This document shows, piece after piece, positions 60,601 through 64,000 of a stretch of 64,000 nucleotides of DNA. The translations under genes and the position numbers were made by a program. Position 1 is the first letter of the stretch; the number at the start of each line of letters is the position of its first letter. The stretch lies in assembly GCF_009914755.1 (NCBI RefSeq), contig NC_060926.1; one strand, 5' to 3'. Below the pieces are notes generated by a model that saw only the letters and a program-made list of their open reading frames with translations, had not been told where the DNA came from and searched no databases. The DNA is from the human T2T-CHM13v2.0 reference genome, Homo sapiens.

Positions 60601-60912
60601 TCACACACTTGCATTCCAGATGCCAGTGTAAACTGTTTAAACATATTTTGAATACTTGGGTATCTAACCAAAGGGAATTAAAATTCAATAACGCATGATG
60701 CTAATTAGACAGTAGTGATTAATACATTATAATTTATTATGTAGCAAGTAATATATTATTTCACATCAATTTGATGAGATGTTTCAATTTATGAAGAATT
60801 CTTACGCAAAAATCAAGCTTATTGTAACTGTCCTCTGAAATTGATCAATTTTTGCTTTAACCATAATATTAAATGCATACTTAATAAATAAGCCTCAAAA
60901 ACACTACATATC

Positions 60913-61190
60913 AGCCAGACACGATGGTTCACGCCTGTACTCCTAGTGCTTTGGGAGGCTAAGGTGGGAGGATCACTTGAGGCAAGGAGTTCGAGACCAG
61001 CCTGGCCAACATAGGGAGACCATTGTCTCTACAAAAAAATTTTTAAATAGCCAGGTGCATGGTTCACACCTGTAGTTCCAGCTACTCAGGAGGCTGAGGT
61101 GGGAGGACCACTTGAGCCCAGGAGATGGAGGCTGCAGTGAGCTATGATTGCACTACTCCAGCCTGGGCAACAGAGCAAGACCCTCTCTCT
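60913..61190 (+). mobile_element. AluJ
   Basis: Dimeric Alu with gaggctgcagtgagctatgat. Confidence 0.92.
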
Positions 61191-61199
61191 AGGTGGGGA

Positions 61200-61700
61200 A
61201 AAAGGTACATATCCAGTACATATCCTTTCACTTAGAACTTCTACTTCCAGGAATCTATTCTTAGTAAATAATCATGAGTGTGTACCAAGACTTAGCAATC
61301 ATATGTTCTTACAGCATCGTTTATGATAGAGAAAAATTGGAAGCAACTTAAATGTCCATCAAAGAGAACTTGATAAGTAGGTCTTCACTAAGTGGAATGC
61401 TATGCAGCCATTTAAAATGATGATGTCAGAGAGTATGTGACAGCAGTGAGCAATGAACAAGTTTCGTTAGGCTGGAAAGGGCAGGTTTCTATGCAGCAAT
61501 ATGTATTACGCTGGCTTTTTAAAGTACATATGTGTATGTAGATGTGCTTAAACAACAGGCTAAAAGAACAGACATCAAAATGTTAATAATGCTTAACTAT
61601 GGATGGCCGTATGATTGTTTATTAATTTTATGTTCTTTTTCCCCTCTCTGTATTTTCTAAACTTGCTTCAATGAGCATGTATGTTTTTAAATCCTTTTTA
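61200..61700 (+). mobile_element. Old L1M(E) 3' fragment
   Basis: ctacttccaggaatcta, aaattggaagcaacttaaatgtccatca, ggaatgctatgcagccatttaaaa. Confidence 0.7.
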
Positions 61701-61713
61701 AAGAAGACCATAG

Positions 61714-61897
61714 AGCCAGGTGTGGTGGCTCACACCTGTAATCTCAACACTATAGGAGGCTAAGGCAGGAGGATCACTTGAGCCCACGAGTTCAAGGCTG
61801 CAGTGAGCTATGATCACACCACTGCACCCCAGCCTCAGCCACAGAGCGAGACACTGGCTCAAAAAATAATAATAATAAATAAATAAATAAAAATAAA
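61714..61897 (+). mobile_element. Alu monomer (FRAM-like) with (AAT/AAAT)n tail
   Basis: Single arm with gagttcaaggctgcagtgagctatgatc. Confidence 0.85.
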
Positions 61898-62374
61898 GCA
61901 AGCCATCAAGTGTAAGGTTAAGAATCAGCACTCCCAGCTATACTCGTGTTTCTCCCTGCCCCCACCCTGGCGAGTGGCTTTGTCACTGTGGCAACCGAGG
62001 GTCTTCAGATGACATGTGCATCTCCCAGGGTGACGTGTGGTATGAATGGGGTTTTCTGACAAGGAACCATGAGATATGTCTTACATTGCTGATGAAGCCC
62101 TAACCCTGGGCTTATAAACGGATTATTTCTTTCTCATTCTTCTTACCAAGTAGACATGTGGCTACTGCCCAGAAGGTTACCCATTTACCTTCTCCAGGTT
62201 ACCATGGTCCATGCGTATTCACAGATGATCCAGAACTCTCCTCTTTGCTCATTTCTGGCAGAGTCCGTCTCAGCTGATGAGTTAAAATGTGACATTTCCT
62301 CCCTCCCCCCGCCCCATGCATGATGATTTCTTCTTCAGTTATGCTCTTTCCCAAAGACATCAAAACAAGAGTGA

Positions 62375-62608
<234 letters not shown>

Positions 62609-62896
62609 TAGCAGGGGCTGGCGCTGTGTAGCTGGAGACCACATGGTCCCACTAGGCCCGGGTTGCAGGGGACTCACATCTGTCCTGTTTGGCAGATAAG
62701 AGTTAACTGCTTTTAGGAAATTGAGATATTTTGTTTGGATTTTACCTTAACAGAGTGCCTTCCACACAAGCCTCACCCCTGGCTGCAGGGTGCGTTTCTG
62801 TGAGTCTTTCCTTGCCTTAGGCATCCGATGAGCAGCAGTCATACCTGAGGTGCAAAGGATTCAACCCCACACCCACAGCCTGTGCCAAATCTAGGA

Positions 62897-62976
62897 AGCC
62901 CAGGAATTCAAGACGAGCCTGGGCAACACAGGGAGAACCCGTCTCTACAGAAAATTAAAAATTAACTAGGCGTGGC
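62897..62976 (+). mobile_element. Alu fragment
   Basis: gcccaggaattcaagacgagcctgggcaacacagggag...gtctctacagaaaatt. Confidence 0.8.
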
Positions 62977-63759
62977 AGCTGGCTTACTTTTTGCTTAATC
63001 AGTGATCACTTGTTGATTTTTTTTTTTTTTCATAAAAATAGAATATAATTGGTTCATTCCTGCCTAGAGATTCTTGGGTATTGTTTTTTTAAATTCACAA
63101 TCATATGTTCTGGGTTTTGCCATCAAATGATGTCTTGTTTTTTTTTGGTCTTAAATCCATTACCCACTAAAGCCTCTGATTGAACTGATAGAAGTTGTAA
63201 TTACTGCTTTGTGCCATCGAGTACCCCAGTTTTATTTCATGATTTCCGTTGTCTAATCCATACTATTACTTTCCCTTTGAAAAAGTCATTTTGTTGTTCA
63301 TAATCTTGAGAGTAGGGACTTATTTTCATGGTTGCAGTCCCAGCCCAGAGACAGTATTGGAGACATTCAGTAAATTTCTTCCCTTCAGATTTTTTTTGTT
63401 AAGTAGTGTTTTGAAGAGAAGGAAGTTCAGTTCAAACAAGGTAAGAGGTGCTGGTACCAGGCTGGGTGCTGCCCAGGAGTCAAACGTGCATGGCGTGGTG
63501 GGTCCTGCCATCCTGAAGCCTGAAATGCACTGGACAAGGCACCAACCTGCTGACCATGGAGCTAAGCGCTGGGGAGAGCCATCGGGGGCATGCGGCGGTC
63601 TTGCCACCCATGCAGGAGCTGTCGTGTCAGCAGGGCTCTGGAGATGGGCAGGGTTTGTACAGGGAAGGGGCCGAAGGAATCACTGTGAGCAAAGGGAGTG
63701 GCTTGAGGAGAGCTTCTCTGGGTGGTTGTAGGATTAGAGATGCTTTTTGGGCTGGAAAA

Positions 63760-63950
63760 CCAGTAGAAGCTAGTTGGAGTGTGAGTGCCAAGTGAAACTT
63801 TTTCCAGCTTTGTTCTTCATTTGTAAGCAGAGAGACATCATTGGAGTTTTAGAGCAGGAAGGAGATGGACCCTGAGCTCCACTTGGGGAGATGGATCTGG
63901 CCAGACCATTTTGAACATACTGGAATAGAGGCAAAGCAGGGAGGAGGCCA
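63760..63950 (-). mobile_element. L2 fragment
   Basis: gacatcattggagttttagagcaggaaggagatg is L2-like. Confidence 0.45.
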
Positions 63951-64000
63951 GCCAGGGTCGGCTTGGCCGGGAAGGGAGACAGGAGCCCAGGACTGCTCCA

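Overview
Primate (very probably human) genomic DNA from inside the ArfGAP/GTPase gene AGAP1 (CENTG2, 2q37), transcribed on the + strand. About 99% of the window is intron. Two constitutive coding exons are present: 58311-58465 (end of the split PH domain) and 62501-62591 (linker and first CxxC of the ArfGAP zinc finger). There is also a 75-nt frame-preserving cassette exon at 36554-36628 encoding a polybasic PH-domain insert that resembles the PIKE-L insert of AGAP2. The rest is a typical primate repeat landscape: a 5'-truncated L1PA with TSDs nested in an older L1M, about 25 Alu copies or fragments, MIR/L2/CR1/MLT/Tigger3 relics, a U7 snRNA pseudogene and simple repeats. Several repeat-free, homeobox-motif-rich patches look like developmental enhancers. 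The most unusual unexplained signal is a non-Alu inverted repeat (41-nt core, 39/41 complementary) whose arms lie ~11.5 kb apart in the same intron. No new protein-coding system is supported. Repeat family names and protein homologies are from recalled consensus sequences, not from searches.
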